Of a stretch of 26,907 nucleotides of DNA, positions 1 through 8,448 are shown piece by piece (the stretch's first letter is position 1; the number at the start of each line of letters is the position of its first letter). This DNA is from Myxococcales bacterium (lineage in GTDB: Bacteria > Desulfobacterota > Binatia > HRBIN30). The notes beneath the pieces are model-generated. The model had not been told where the DNA came from. It ran no database searches and was given only the letters and a program-made list of their open reading frames with translations. Both the position numbers and the translations under genes were made by a program. The stretch covers positions 1-26,907 of the forward strand of contig JBBILD010000031.1 in NCBI GenBank assembly GCA_037445065.1, read 5' to 3'.

Positions 1-1
1 C

Positions 2-211
2 CCCACCGAGACCCCCACCGACTCGCCCACGCCGACCCCGACCGAAACGCCGACGGCCACGCCCACCGACACGCCTACTGCCACTCCGACGGCGACGCCC
101 ACCGACACGCCTACCTCGACCGCCACACCCACGCCCACGGCGACGGCAACGCCGACCGTGACCCCGACTCCCACGGCAACAGCTACGGCGACCTCGACAC
201 CAACCCCGACT
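2..211 (+). repeat. Low-complexity Pro/Thr coding repeat (linker)
   Basis: ACN/CCN codon iterations; the 20-mer acgcccaccgacacgcctac occurs at 59-78 and 95-114. Confidence 0.9.
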
Positions 212-1129
212 CTGGTGCCGCTTGGCTTCGTCAGCAATGCTGGCTCGAATTCGGTGTCGGTGATCGATACGAGCACGAACTCGGTGATGGCGACCATTCC
301 GGTAGGAACGCAGCCCCTGGGCGTCGCGGTATCGGCGAGTGGCCGGCACGCCTACATCAGCAACTACGGCGGGGGCTCGTTCTCTGTCATCGACACTTCG
401 ACCCTGCAGGTGGTGGCCACAGTCCCGCTCGGTAGCGGCATCTTGCCTGGCGGTGTCGCGGTGACCGCGGACGGGGCCAAGGTGCTCATCACGATTCAGT
501 CCCCGGCTAGCGACCGCCGCGTGTTCATCTACGACGTGAACGCGCAGCAACTCCGTTCCCTGCAAGTGGGCAGTGCCCCGTTTGGCATCGCCACTCACCC
601 GACGGCACCGCTCGCGTATGTGGCGAACCAATTGAGCGGAACGGTGTCTGTCATCGACACGGAGAGCGAATCAGTGGTGAACACGCTGGGCGGCTGCTCG
701 CTGCCCTTTAGCGTCGCGTTGAGCCCAGACGGCACGCGGTTGTACGTTGGCGATGTCACTGCAGACGTGATTCGTGAGGTCGATACCGGCAGCCTAGCGA
801 CGGTGTGGACGTACGCGGTGGCTGACCCATATGGGATTGCAGTGCATCCTTCTGGTACCCACGTTTACGCTTCGAGCATCACCCAAAATCGGGTGGTTGT
901 GCTCAACACTGTAACCCGCGCGATCAGCAACATTGTGGTGGGGACGTCTCCGTTTGGCGTGGCGATACGCCCCGAAGGGGATTTTGTGTACGTGGCGAAT
1001 TCTGGGTCGAACAACGTGAGCGTGATTCAGACAGCCACCAACTCTGTTGTGGCTACGATTCCCGTGCAAACGAACCCGCAGGCGTTCGGTCTATTCATTC
1101 GGCCCCCGCTCAGTGGGCAGGGAGGGTGA
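2..1129 (+). CDS. Surface protein, 5'-partial: Pro/Thr linker followed by a C-terminal YVTN-type (YncE-like) 7-bladed beta-propeller
   Basis: Frame is open from base 2 (PTETPTDSPTPTPTE...), so the listed start at 158 is not the true start. About seven ~42-aa repeats such as FVSNAGSNSVSVIDTSTNSVMATIPVG, YVANQLSGTVSVIDT and YVANSGSNNVSVIQTATNSVVATIPV; ends PQAFGLFI. Confidence 0.88.
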   Translation, partial: PTETPTDSPTPTPTETPTATPTDTPTATPTATPTDTPTSTATPTPTATATPTVTPTPTATATATSTPTPTLVPLGFVSNAGSNSVSVIDTSTNSVMATIPVGTQPLGVAVSASGRHAYISNYGGGSFSVIDTSTLQVVATVPLGSGILPGGVAVTADGAKVLITIQSPASDRRVFIYDVNAQQLRSLQVGSAPFGIATHPTAPLAYVANQLSGTVSVIDTESESVVNTLGGCSLPFSVALSPDGTRLYVGDVTADVIREVDTGSLATVWTYAVADPYGIAVHPSGTHVYASSITQNRVVVLNTVTRAISNIVVGTSPFGVAIRPEGDFVYVANSGSNNVSVIQTATNSVVATIPVQTNPQAFGLFIRPPLSGQGG

Positions 1130-2709
1130 GAACCGTGCGGCTGGTGGGATGGTGGAGGCGAGACGTAAAGCGGCTGCGCCGGACTTCCCTGCTGGGCTGT
1201 CTGCTTGCATTTGTGGCGCTCGCTGTACGGCCCTCGCCCATCGCGGCCGACGCAGTGTCCCGTTCTGCCTATGCGCGGGGCTTGATCGCCTTTCATGAAG
1301 GGCGTTGGAGCGAGGCGCTAGCTGCTTTCGAGCGGGCTGTGCAGGCAGACCCGAAGGACGCCCGTGCCCGCTACTACCGGGGACTCACGTATGCGCGTTT
1401 GGGTGACAGCCACCGTGCGGTCGAGGACATTGCGGCGGCGCTGCAACTGGAGCCGAGTCTGCCGCACGCACCGTTGGATCTTGGTATCGCTCACCTGAGT
1501 CTCGAGCAGTGGAGGGAGGCCGAGTCTGCACTCTTGCAAGCCTACCGCGCGGGGCAGGAGCGGCTGGTTGCAGCGTTTTTCCTCGGTGTGGCCCTCTACA
1601 AACAGGGGCGCGCAGAAGAGGCGCTGCGGTACTTTCAAGAGGCGCAGGCTGACCCCGAGGTGCGCCCGGCAGCGGCGTATTACGCAGGGTTGATCGAACT
1701 CGCGCAACAACGCTCGGAGCAGGGCCGTTCTCTGTTGGGCACGGTAGTACGGGAGTTGCCAGATTCGGAAATCGGCCTGGCGGCGCAACGCTATCTTGCC
1801 ATGGGCGAGGCGGCTTTGACTCCTTGGCAGAGGGGCAAGCCATGGTGGGTGCACGGCGGAGTTGCCTTCGAGTACGACAGCAACGTCAGCATCGGTCCGT
1901 CGGACCAGCCCCCGTCTGTCGCTGTAGATGTGAGCGAGAAATCCGATGGTCGCAGTGTGCTGAGTGCAGGGGCAGGGTACTCTTTGCTGCAACAACGAGA
2001 CTGGATGGCGACTCTCGGGTACAGCTTTTCGCAAAGCGTACACTTCGATCTGACGCGTTTTGATCTCCAGGGCCACCGCTTGGGCGGCGAGCTTTCTTGG
2101 CATCAGCCCCAGTGGAGTGCCGGTCTCGGTGCTGGGTACGCGTTTTATGCGCTCAACTACCAAAGCTTTTTCCACGAAGGCCTCGTTACCCCATACCTCA
2201 CTTGGCGCCCCCACGAGGCTGCGGCGACGCAAGCTTTTCTTGCCTTCCGCGGTCGCGATTTCTTGCGCAAGCCGTACGACCCCGGACGCGATGCGCGCAA
2301 TTATGCGCCGGGGGTGCGGCAGTACCTGAATTTGGGTCGTGCCGATCGTGTGCTGATGCTGGGCTATCAGTTCGAGATCGAAGACACGGTCTCGGACGGC
2401 CCCCAGGGCCGCACCTTCGACTACCACGCGCACGAGCTGCGAGCGGAATTCGCTTGGGCGATTTCGGAGCCGCTACAGCTTCAGGCAGGCTATGCCTATC
2501 GCGCCTACTCGTACGAGAACCGAGAAAGCGGGTTTGGCGCGCGCAAGCGCAGCGACGATGCGCATGAATTCGCACTGGCTGCACGGTATCGGCTGAGCGA
2601 CCATTTGGCTCTCGTCGGATCTTACACTGGGCAGATGCACGACTCGAATGTGGGGGTATTCGAGTACGACCGGCATATTCTGTCTGCCGGGCTGCAAGCG
2701 GTGTATTGA
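1126..2709 (+). CDS. TPR-repeat protein with C-terminal outer-membrane beta-barrel (SLAM/DUF560-like)
   Basis: Signal peptide; TPR helices (AYARGLIAFHEGRWSEALAAFERAVQADP, ARYYRGLTYARLG); barrel begins GGVAFEYDSNV with alternating amphipathic strands; ends YDRHILSAGLQAVY with a terminal aromatic residue. GTGA overlap with the upstream stop; the exact start is uncertain. Confidence 0.75.
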   Translation: MRTVRLVGWWRRDVKRLRRTSLLGCLLAFVALAVRPSPIAADAVSRSAYARGLIAFHEGRWSEALAAFERAVQADPKDARARYYRGLTYARLGDSHRAVEDIAAALQLEPSLPHAPLDLGIAHLSLEQWREAESALLQAYRAGQERLVAAFFLGVALYKQGRAEEALRYFQEAQADPEVRPAAAYYAGLIELAQQRSEQGRSLLGTVVRELPDSEIGLAAQRYLAMGEAALTPWQRGKPWWVHGGVAFEYDSNVSIGPSDQPPSVAVDVSEKSDGRSVLSAGAGYSLLQQRDWMATLGYSFSQSVHFDLTRFDLQGHRLGGELSWHQPQWSAGLGAGYAFYALNYQSFFHEGLVTPYLTWRPHEAAATQAFLAFRGRDFLRKPYDPGRDARNYAPGVRQYLNLGRADRVLMLGYQFEIEDTVSDGPQGRTFDYHAHELRAEFAWAISEPLQLQAGYAYRAYSYENRESGFGARKRSDDAHEFALAARYRLSDHLALVGSYTGQMHDSNVGVFEYDRHILSAGLQAVY

Positions 2710-2718
2710 GGGATCGCA

Positions 2719-3594
2719 ATGCGAAGCGGCAAAACGTGGCTGGCACTGTTGGCGGTATTGGCGTTGGCTGCGCGGTGCTTCGCGCAGGTGGAAGTAGCAG
2801 CCTCGCAAGGCGAGGTAGCGAGGTTGCGGGCTGGGCAGTGGGCGAAAGTCAGCATTGGTGATCGCCTGCAAGTTGGCGAGCGGGTGAGAACGGCAAGCGC
2901 AGAACGCGTCAAGCTCCTGATTCTCGATCGCGCGGTGGTGGATTTGGCGCCAAACAGCGAGATCGTCGTGGACGAAAGCGAGGCCCGCCCGGATGGCCGC
3001 TTGGCCGTTGCCATGCGATTGTTACGGGGCCGCTTGTTGGCGGCCATTGGCAGCGGTTTCGAGGCGCCAGGCTCCTATTTCAATGTGGAGACCGGTGCCG
3101 GGGTCGTTACCTCGCGTGGCGGCGAGTTGTTGGTGCAGTACGATGCCGCGGATGGAACCACCGAAGTGGCGAGCTTAGCGGGGGAAGCCGAGGTGGTGAG
3201 CAACGTGGCGGCGCTCGGGGGCGGGAAAGTGCGGGTCCCGGCGGGATCTCTGGTACGCATTGCGAGAGGGCGGCTTCCCGGGGCGGCTTCAGCGGTGGGG
3301 ATCGAGCGGGTTCGCCAATTGGCGCAAGGCGTCGAGATTTTTGGCACGGGCAGGCGCGATGGCCTGAACGTTCTTCACCCGCTCCTTGCCGGCAAATTGT
3401 TATCGGCCCAGGATGTCCCCGGTGGGCCGGGAGCAGGCGAGGGTCCCGAGCGGAGACTGGGCGGCGGTGTCCCAGGGCCGGCGCTGGGTGCGGTTCTTTC
3501 GGCGGACGTGTACACCAACACGCAACCCATCGAGGTGTTTCGGGCATTCCCCCCGGGGCGCCCGCCCGGCGGCAGCGTGGTGGTCGAGTTTTGA
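2719..3594 (+). CDS. Secreted FecR-domain protein
   Basis: Signal peptide, then FecR-like motifs GDRLQVGERVRT, VVDLAPNSEIVV, RLLRGRL, FNVETGAGVVTSRGG and VASLAGEAEV. Confidence 0.8.
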   Translation: MRSGKTWLALLAVLALAARCFAQVEVAASQGEVARLRAGQWAKVSIGDRLQVGERVRTASAERVKLLILDRAVVDLAPNSEIVVDESEARPDGRLAVAMRLLRGRLLAAIGSGFEAPGSYFNVETGAGVVTSRGGELLVQYDAADGTTEVASLAGEAEVVSNVAALGGGKVRVPAGSLVRIARGRLPGAASAVGIERVRQLAQGVEIFGTGRRDGLNVLHPLLAGKLLSAQDVPGGPGAGEGPERRLGGGVPGPALGAVLSADVYTNTQPIEVFRAFPPGRPPGGSVVVEF

Positions 3595-3697
3595 CGCGCC
3601 GTGTAAAGTCGTGCCCAGTTTGGCCTTGCGGATTTTGCCAATTTATGCAACAAGGGCGGCGCGGGTTGACTTGAAGACACGAGGAAGGAGACGTTCG

Positions 3698-3949
3698 ATG
3701 CGGAACAAAGGACGAGTCGTCTTGGCTGCGGCAAGTTTCGTCGCCCTGCTCGGCACGGTGGGCTGCGGACAACGCAAGCCTGTGATCGATCCGAACACTG
3801 TGGCCCGGGTCGAGAGTGCGGCCAGCCGAGCCGAGTCCGCTGCGAGCCAAGCCGAGGCAGCGGCGCGACGTGCTGCCGATGCAGCCGCTAAGGCGGAAGC
3901 TGCAGCGGAAAAGGCGGCAGGACGTTTCAAGGAAAAGTTGAGAAAGTAA
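3698..3949 (+). CDS. Small alanine-zipper lipoprotein (Lpp/OprI-like), 83 aa
   Basis: RBS gaggaaggag at 3681-3690 and ATG at 3698 (inside listed ORF 3386-3949); lipobox TVG-C; Ala-rich heptads; ends KLRK. Confidence 0.85.
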   Translation: MRNKGRVVLAAASFVALLGTVGCGQRKPVIDPNTVARVESAASRAESAASQAEAAARRAADAAAKAEAAAEKAAGRFKEKLRK

Positions 3950-4008
3950 TCGTGGTTGGATAGAGCGAGCAGGGTTTGGAGACCTGTCAAGCGAAGGAGG
4001 AGACGACG

Positions 4009-4269
4009 ATGCGTTTGGGAGCGACAGTGAAAGCGGTGACAGCTCTGTTTGCGGGAGCCGCGCTGCTGGGGATGACGGCGGGTTGCGAGCGCAAGCTCAG
4101 CGCCGAGGAACAAAATGCCGTTTCGCGTGTCGAGGCGGCTGCAAGCAAGGCAGAGGCAGCCGCGAGCCGCGCTGAGCAGGCAGCGAAGGCAGCGGCCGAT
4201 GCCGCCAGCCGCGCAGAAGCTGCGGCCGCCAAAGCGGAGGCGATTTTCGCCAAGCACTTGCGGAAGTAG
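4009..4269 (+). CDS. Small alanine-zipper lipoprotein (Lpp/OprI-like), 86 aa, paralog of the preceding gene
   Basis: RBS aaggagg before ATG 4009; lipobox TAG-C; VSRVEAAASKAEAAASRAE; ends HLRK. Confidence 0.85.
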   Translation: MRLGATVKAVTALFAGAALLGMTAGCERKLSAEEQNAVSRVEAAASKAEAAASRAEQAAKAAADAASRAEAAAAKAEAIFAKHLRK

Positions 4270-4296
4270 CCCTTCGTTCCTGCTTCAAAGCACGCT

Positions 4297-4343
4297 CAGG
4301 GAGGTGTTTTGCAGTGTTGCTGCAAAACACCTCCCTGTTTTTT
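4297..4343 (+). terminator. Rho-independent terminator
   Basis: Perfect 18-bp stem cagggaggtgttttgcag (4297-4314) / ctgcaaaacacctccctg (4320-4337), 5-nt loop, then T6; lies between convergent genes. Confidence 0.92.
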
Positions 4344-4363
4344 GGACCGTGCCGTTCGATGCT

Positions 4364-5425
4364 TCAGTGCATGGAAGCTTCGGCGGCGCTCTTCGCCCAC
4401 CGCACGACTACTTTGATGGCAGCGCGGTTCTCCGCTGCTTCGCGGTACGCGTGTGCCACTTCTTCGGCAGGGAACACGTGTGTGACCACGTGTTCTGCCC
4501 GCACCACGCCACTGACAATCAGAGAAAGCGCGGCGCGCGTGTCCGTAGGTCCGCAAGAGTAGGAGGGGATCAAGCGGATCTCGCGGAAGTACAGGTCGTG
4601 GGTGTCGAGCGCAAGCCGCTCACCGATGGGCGTACCCATGAACTGGACAACCGTTCCTCCGCGCGCAGCACAGCGCAGCGCCAGTTCGATGGCTTCCAGG
4701 GTAGCGGGGCCCGCGATCACGATATCTGCACCCTCACCGTCGGTGTGCTCGAGCACGGCGCGGGCGAGGTCACAGGTAGACGCATTGATCGTGACGTCCG
4801 CTCCGAGCTGCTCCGCGTGCCGGCAGCGCGCCTCGACGAGATCGGCACCCATCACTCGTTCTGCGCCCCAGTGGCGGGCCAGAAGCACGTGCAGTTGGCC
4901 CATGACGCCGAGGCCAATGACCAGCACGCGCGCCCCGTAAATCCCACCGGCGCGCGAGAGGGATTTGACCACGCAGGCCAGCGGCTCGATCAGCGTTCCG
5001 TCCAAGTCGGAAACAGAAGCCGGTAACTCGAGTGTATCCGTACGCGTGTTCTCAGCCGGAACGCGGAAAAAATCGGCCATCCCCCCCGGATCCAAGCAGG
5101 TGGCGCGCCAGGTGGCGCATTGCACAAACTCGCCCCGGTCGCACGCGCGGCACTGCAAGCACGGCACATGATGGTGCGCGAACACACGCATCCCAGGCTG
5201 CAAGTGCTCGACGGCGTCACCTACCGCGACCACCTCTCCGACTGGTTCATGGCCGAATACGATCGGTGCCTTCTTGCGAATGTACCACGGCGTGACATCG
5301 CCCGAACAAATTCCGCAGGCCAGGGTACGTACCAGCACCTCCTCCGGCCCGAGCGCCGGCACGGCGGCTTCTTCGAGACGGACGTCCAGATAATCATACA
5401 CTTTGGCCACGCGCATGCGGGTCAT
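4364..5425 (-). CDS. Zn-dependent medium-chain dehydrogenase (iditol/threonine dehydrogenase-like)
   Basis: CGICSGD, FGHE, structural-Zn CLQCRAC-x7-C, IEPLAC, Rossmann GLGVMG. Confidence 0.9.
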   Translation of the reverse strand: MTRMRVAKVYDYLDVRLEEAAVPALGPEEVLVRTLACGICSGDVTPWYIRKKAPIVFGHEPVGEVVAVGDAVEHLQPGMRVFAHHHVPCLQCRACDRGEFVQCATWRATCLDPGGMADFFRVPAENTRTDTLELPASVSDLDGTLIEPLACVVKSLSRAGGIYGARVLVIGLGVMGQLHVLLARHWGAERVMGADLVEARCRHAEQLGADVTINASTCDLARAVLEHTDGEGADIVIAGPATLEAIELALRCAARGGTVVQFMGTPIGERLALDTHDLYFREIRLIPSYSCGPTDTRAALSLIVSGVVRAEHVVTHVFPAEEVAHAYREAAENRAAIKVVVRWAKSAAEASMH

Positions 5426-6483
5426 GGCTGGATCGCAAATTTGATCCCGTGGCCCGCGCGGTGTGCTTCTAGGGCCAACGGTAAATCGGCCAGTGGGTAA
5501 TGGCCGGTGATCAGGGCGGAGCCGCCAAAACCTTCTTGGCAGAGGAGTTCATATGCCTGGCGCACCGCACGGGGCGTGAAGTGAAAGGGGCTGTGGAGTT
5601 CGACTTGATCGTAGTGAAGGCGGTGAGTCGAAAAGCGCACCGAGGTGCCAGCGGCGCAGCCTCCAAAGAGAATCACGGTGCCTCCCCGGCGCGCGAATTC
5701 TGGTGCCGCTTCCCAGACCTCGACCTGGCCGGTGCACTCGATGACAACGTCGGCCCCACGCCCGTGACTGGCCTCGCGCACCAGGATTGCGGCTGAGGGC
5801 AGGTCGGTGGCGAGCACCCGTTCGGCACCGAGGGCACGCGCATGCTCGGCACGCCGCGGCGAGCGCCCGATCACCCACACCCGTTCGATGCCGCGCGCGC
5901 GCAAGGTGAGAAGGTGGAGGAGGCTGATTGCACCTGCGCCAAGGAGCACCACGAAGTCATCCGGGTGGAGGTGCACTCGTTGCAGCCCGTGCACTACGCA
6001 GGAAAGCGGCTCGAGCAGGGCCGCTTCTGCAAAGGAAAGCGAATGCGGCTTGGGGTACAGATTGGCTCGCACCGCGCGAGCGTGCAGCTTCACGTACTCG
6101 CCGTAGGCGCCGAGCACCATGGTCTCGATCACGGTTTCGCACAGGTTTTCCTGCTGCCTCTGGCAGTAGTAACAGGAGCCGCACGGCCCGGTGGGCGCCG
6201 CCATCACTGCGTCACCTTCCCGCACGTGCTTGACGCCGGCACCAACGGCCGCCACCTCGCCCGCGAATTCGTGCCCGAACAGAGTCGGCGTTGGAAATTT
6301 GGGGTGGCCGCGGAGAAACATTTTGAGGTCGGTCCCGCAGGTAAGCGCACAGCGAACCTTGATGAGTACCTCCCCGTCGCCGGGCTGCGGGATGGGATGA
6401 TCGACAAACTCCATTCGTCCCGGCGCGAGCAGCACATGGGCTCGCATGGTGGCGGGCTGCGGCGTTACCAGGGAAGCTTCCAT
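5422..6483 (-). CDS. Zn-dependent medium-chain dehydrogenase (iditol/threonine dehydrogenase-like)
   Basis: TCGTD, FGHE, CGSCYYC-x7-C, LEPLSC, GAGAIS. Start uncertain (ATG 6483 or 6447; the listed TTG at 6522 sits in a TTGACA hexamer). 4-nt overlap with the next dehydrogenase. Confidence 0.9.
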   Translation of the reverse strand: MEASLVTPQPATMRAHVLLAPGRMEFVDHPIPQPGDGEVLIKVRCALTCGTDLKMFLRGHPKFPTPTLFGHEFAGEVAAVGAGVKHVREGDAVMAAPTGPCGSCYYCQRQQENLCETVIETMVLGAYGEYVKLHARAVRANLYPKPHSLSFAEAALLEPLSCVVHGLQRVHLHPDDFVVLLGAGAISLLHLLTLRARGIERVWVIGRSPRRAEHARALGAERVLATDLPSAAILVREASHGRGADVVIECTGQVEVWEAAPEFARRGGTVILFGGCAAGTSVRFSTHRLHYDQVELHSPFHFTPRAVRQAYELLCQEGFGGSALITGHYPLADLPLALEAHRAGHGIKFAIQP

Positions 6484-6493
6484 CGAAGCGTTA

Positions 6494-6522
6494 GCGGTAT
6501 CGGTCGGCTCTGGCACTGTCAA
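6494..6522 (-). promoter_or_regulatory. Possible sigma70 promoter for the dehydrogenase pair
   Basis: Minus strand TTGACA (6522-6517), 17 nt, then TACCGC (weak -10). Confidence 0.3.
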
Positions 6523-6569
6523 CGTGACGCTGGATCGAGTCTATCACTGGCGATACAGTGCGGGTTTGT

Positions 6570-7964
6570 ATGGCGAGTTCAGGCAGCCGCGCGGAGCTTT
6601 CCTGGGACAAGGTATTGGCGGGGGTGCGGAGCGGGCAGGTTTCGTCCGCGTACGTTTTGTACGGAGACAGTTTCCAGACCGAGGTGGCGGCGCGCGAGCT
6701 GATCGATGCGCTGGTCGAGCCTAGCCAGCGCGTCTGGAACCTGGAAACGTACGACGGGCGCACAGCCAACTTGGATACCGTTCTGGAAACGCTGCGCACG
6801 CCCGGGCTCGGAACCGGCCATAAAGTGGTTTGGCTCAAGGAGAGTACGCTGTTTTTGAGCGGTGAGAGCCGCCTCCAGCAAGTGGGGTCCATGTTCTCCG
6901 ATTGGCAAGCGAACCGGCGCCGCGCGGCCGCGGAAAAGTTGTTGAGCCTGGTAGCGCTGGCAGGGTGGACAGAGGAGCAGTGGGGGGGCACGGACTGGAG
7001 CAGAGTCAGTGAGAAGGAGCAGCGGGAGGTCTTTGGGACCGAACTCGACGCAGAGCAGCGCGCCACCGTGCAGGCGATTGCAGCCGCCGCACGCGAGATG
7101 GAGCTACGCGTCGTTCCGCACCGCGAACAGGCAGAGGAGTTGGTCGAGTGTGTGGAGAGCGGGCTTGCGCCGGGTGTGATCTTGATCCTCACCGCCAGCA
7201 CCGTAGATGCGCGCCGCCGGCCTTGGCAGCGGCTCGTTCGGGTAGCCACGGTCGTGGAATTTGTGTTGGAGCGGCAGCGCAGTCAGGCGTTGGGCAGCCG
7301 ATCCGTTGCCGCGATCGCGCAGCGTGTCTTGCGGGATCACGGTAAGAACATCGAGCCTGCCGCTTTGCGAATTTTGGTCGAGCGGGCGGGGAGTGACGCA
7401 CAGCGATTGGCTGCCGAAGTCGAAAAGGTGTGCTTGTGGGTGGGAGAGCGAGGCAGCATCACGCCTGCGGATGTGGAGGCTGTGGCCGCCGATTTGGCTG
7501 CGGCTTGGGTGTTTGACTTTACCGCCGCCTTCGCCGAACGGAAGGCTGACCGCGCGGCTTCGTTGCTGCGCCAGTTGTTGGAGGAAGGTGAGGTGCCGCT
7601 GCGCTTGTTGGCACTTCTTGCACGCGAAGTGCGAAACCTGTTGCTTGCCCGCGAGGCAATCGAGCAGGAGTTGGGAGGAAAGCCGGTGCCGAGTGAATTC
7701 GCCGCCTTTCAGCGGCAAACCCTGCCCCGCCTCGAAGCGGCAACGCGCGAAGCCTTTGGCAACCTCCACCCGTTCGTCCTCTTTCGCTGTTTCTGCAACG
7801 CCCAGAACTGGCGGGCGGAAGAACTGCGTGCTGCTTGGATCCGGCTGGCGCAACTGGATGCGGAGCTTAAGTCGGGGCGCGGAAACCCGGCACTGCTCCT
7901 CGAGCACTTTGTGTTCGAGATTGTGGGAGGCGGGGCCACAGCCAGCCTCCCTGCGTCGAACTAG
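6570..7964 (+). CDS. holA: DNA polymerase III subunit delta, elongated form
   Basis: AYVLYGD, NLETYDG, TPGLGTGHKVVWLK, IEPAALRILVERAGSD..RLAAEVEKVCLW, ITPADVEAV, VFDFTAA, GEVPLRLLALLAREVRNLL, LDAELKSG, LLLEHFV. Confidence 0.85.
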   Translation: MASSGSRAELSWDKVLAGVRSGQVSSAYVLYGDSFQTEVAARELIDALVEPSQRVWNLETYDGRTANLDTVLETLRTPGLGTGHKVVWLKESTLFLSGESRLQQVGSMFSDWQANRRRAAAEKLLSLVALAGWTEEQWGGTDWSRVSEKEQREVFGTELDAEQRATVQAIAAAAREMELRVVPHREQAEELVECVESGLAPGVILILTASTVDARRRPWQRLVRVATVVEFVLERQRSQALGSRSVAAIAQRVLRDHGKNIEPAALRILVERAGSDAQRLAAEVEKVCLWVGERGSITPADVEAVAADLAAAWVFDFTAAFAERKADRAASLLRQLLEEGEVPLRLLALLAREVRNLLLAREAIEQELGGKPVPSEFAAFQRQTLPRLEAATREAFGNLHPFVLFRCFCNAQNWRAEELRAAWIRLAQLDAELKSGRGNPALLLEHFVFEIVGGGATASLPASN

Positions 7965-7969
7965 AGGGC

Positions 7970-8413
7970 TTAAGTGGTACCGCGGCGCACCACAAAGACA
8001 GGGCAAGGAGCGTGGCGGATGAGCTTCTCCGCCGTGCTTCCGATCAGCAGGTGCTCGAAACCGGAGCGCCCGTGTGTGCAAATGACGAGCAGATCCACGT
8101 TGCGCTCTTGTGCCAGGCGCATGATTTCCTCGAACGGATTGCCCACCAACAGGAGAAACTCGGCCTGGGGATAGCCGGCAAAGATTTGTTCGCGGATCTC
8201 TGCCAGCTTTTGCCGCGCCCCCTGCTCTAGCTCCTGGAAGCTGCGCCAGCGGCCGTGCTCGTCGTAGAGTTCCTCGGTGGATACATGAATGACGTGCGGC
8301 ACGATCACGAGCCCCTGCGAGATTTCGCCGAAGCGGCGGGCGTATTCGAGGGCGCGGAGGGAGTCCGGAGAAAAGTCCGTGGGGCTCAAGATGCGCTTGA
8401 ATTCGCGAGGCAT
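7970..8413 (-). CDS. Universal stress protein (UspA family), 147 aa
   Basis: True start ATG 8413 after an aggaagg RBS (within listed ORF 7970-9052); FKRILSPTDFS, GNPFEEI, DLLVICTHGRSG, LIGSTAEKLIRHAPCPVFVV. Confidence 0.93.
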   Translation of the reverse strand: MPREFKRILSPTDFSPDSLRALEYARRFGEISQGLVIVPHVIHVSTEELYDEHGRWRSFQELEQGARQKLAEIREQIFAGYPQAEFLLLVGNPFEEIMRLAQERNVDLLVICTHGRSGFEHLLIGSTAEKLIRHAPCPVFVVRRGTT

Positions 8414-8448
8414 GCGACCTTCCTTTCTGTGTAGGCCGTATTCCCGAA

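Noticed and set aside
3643..4257. Ala-rich antisense ORFs over the two small lipoproteins
   Set aside because: Shadows of GCN-rich sense genes that have RBSs and lipoboxes.
4297..4337. 18-bp palindrome as a MITE or REP element
   Set aside because: Single copy in the window with a U-tract; a terminator explains it.
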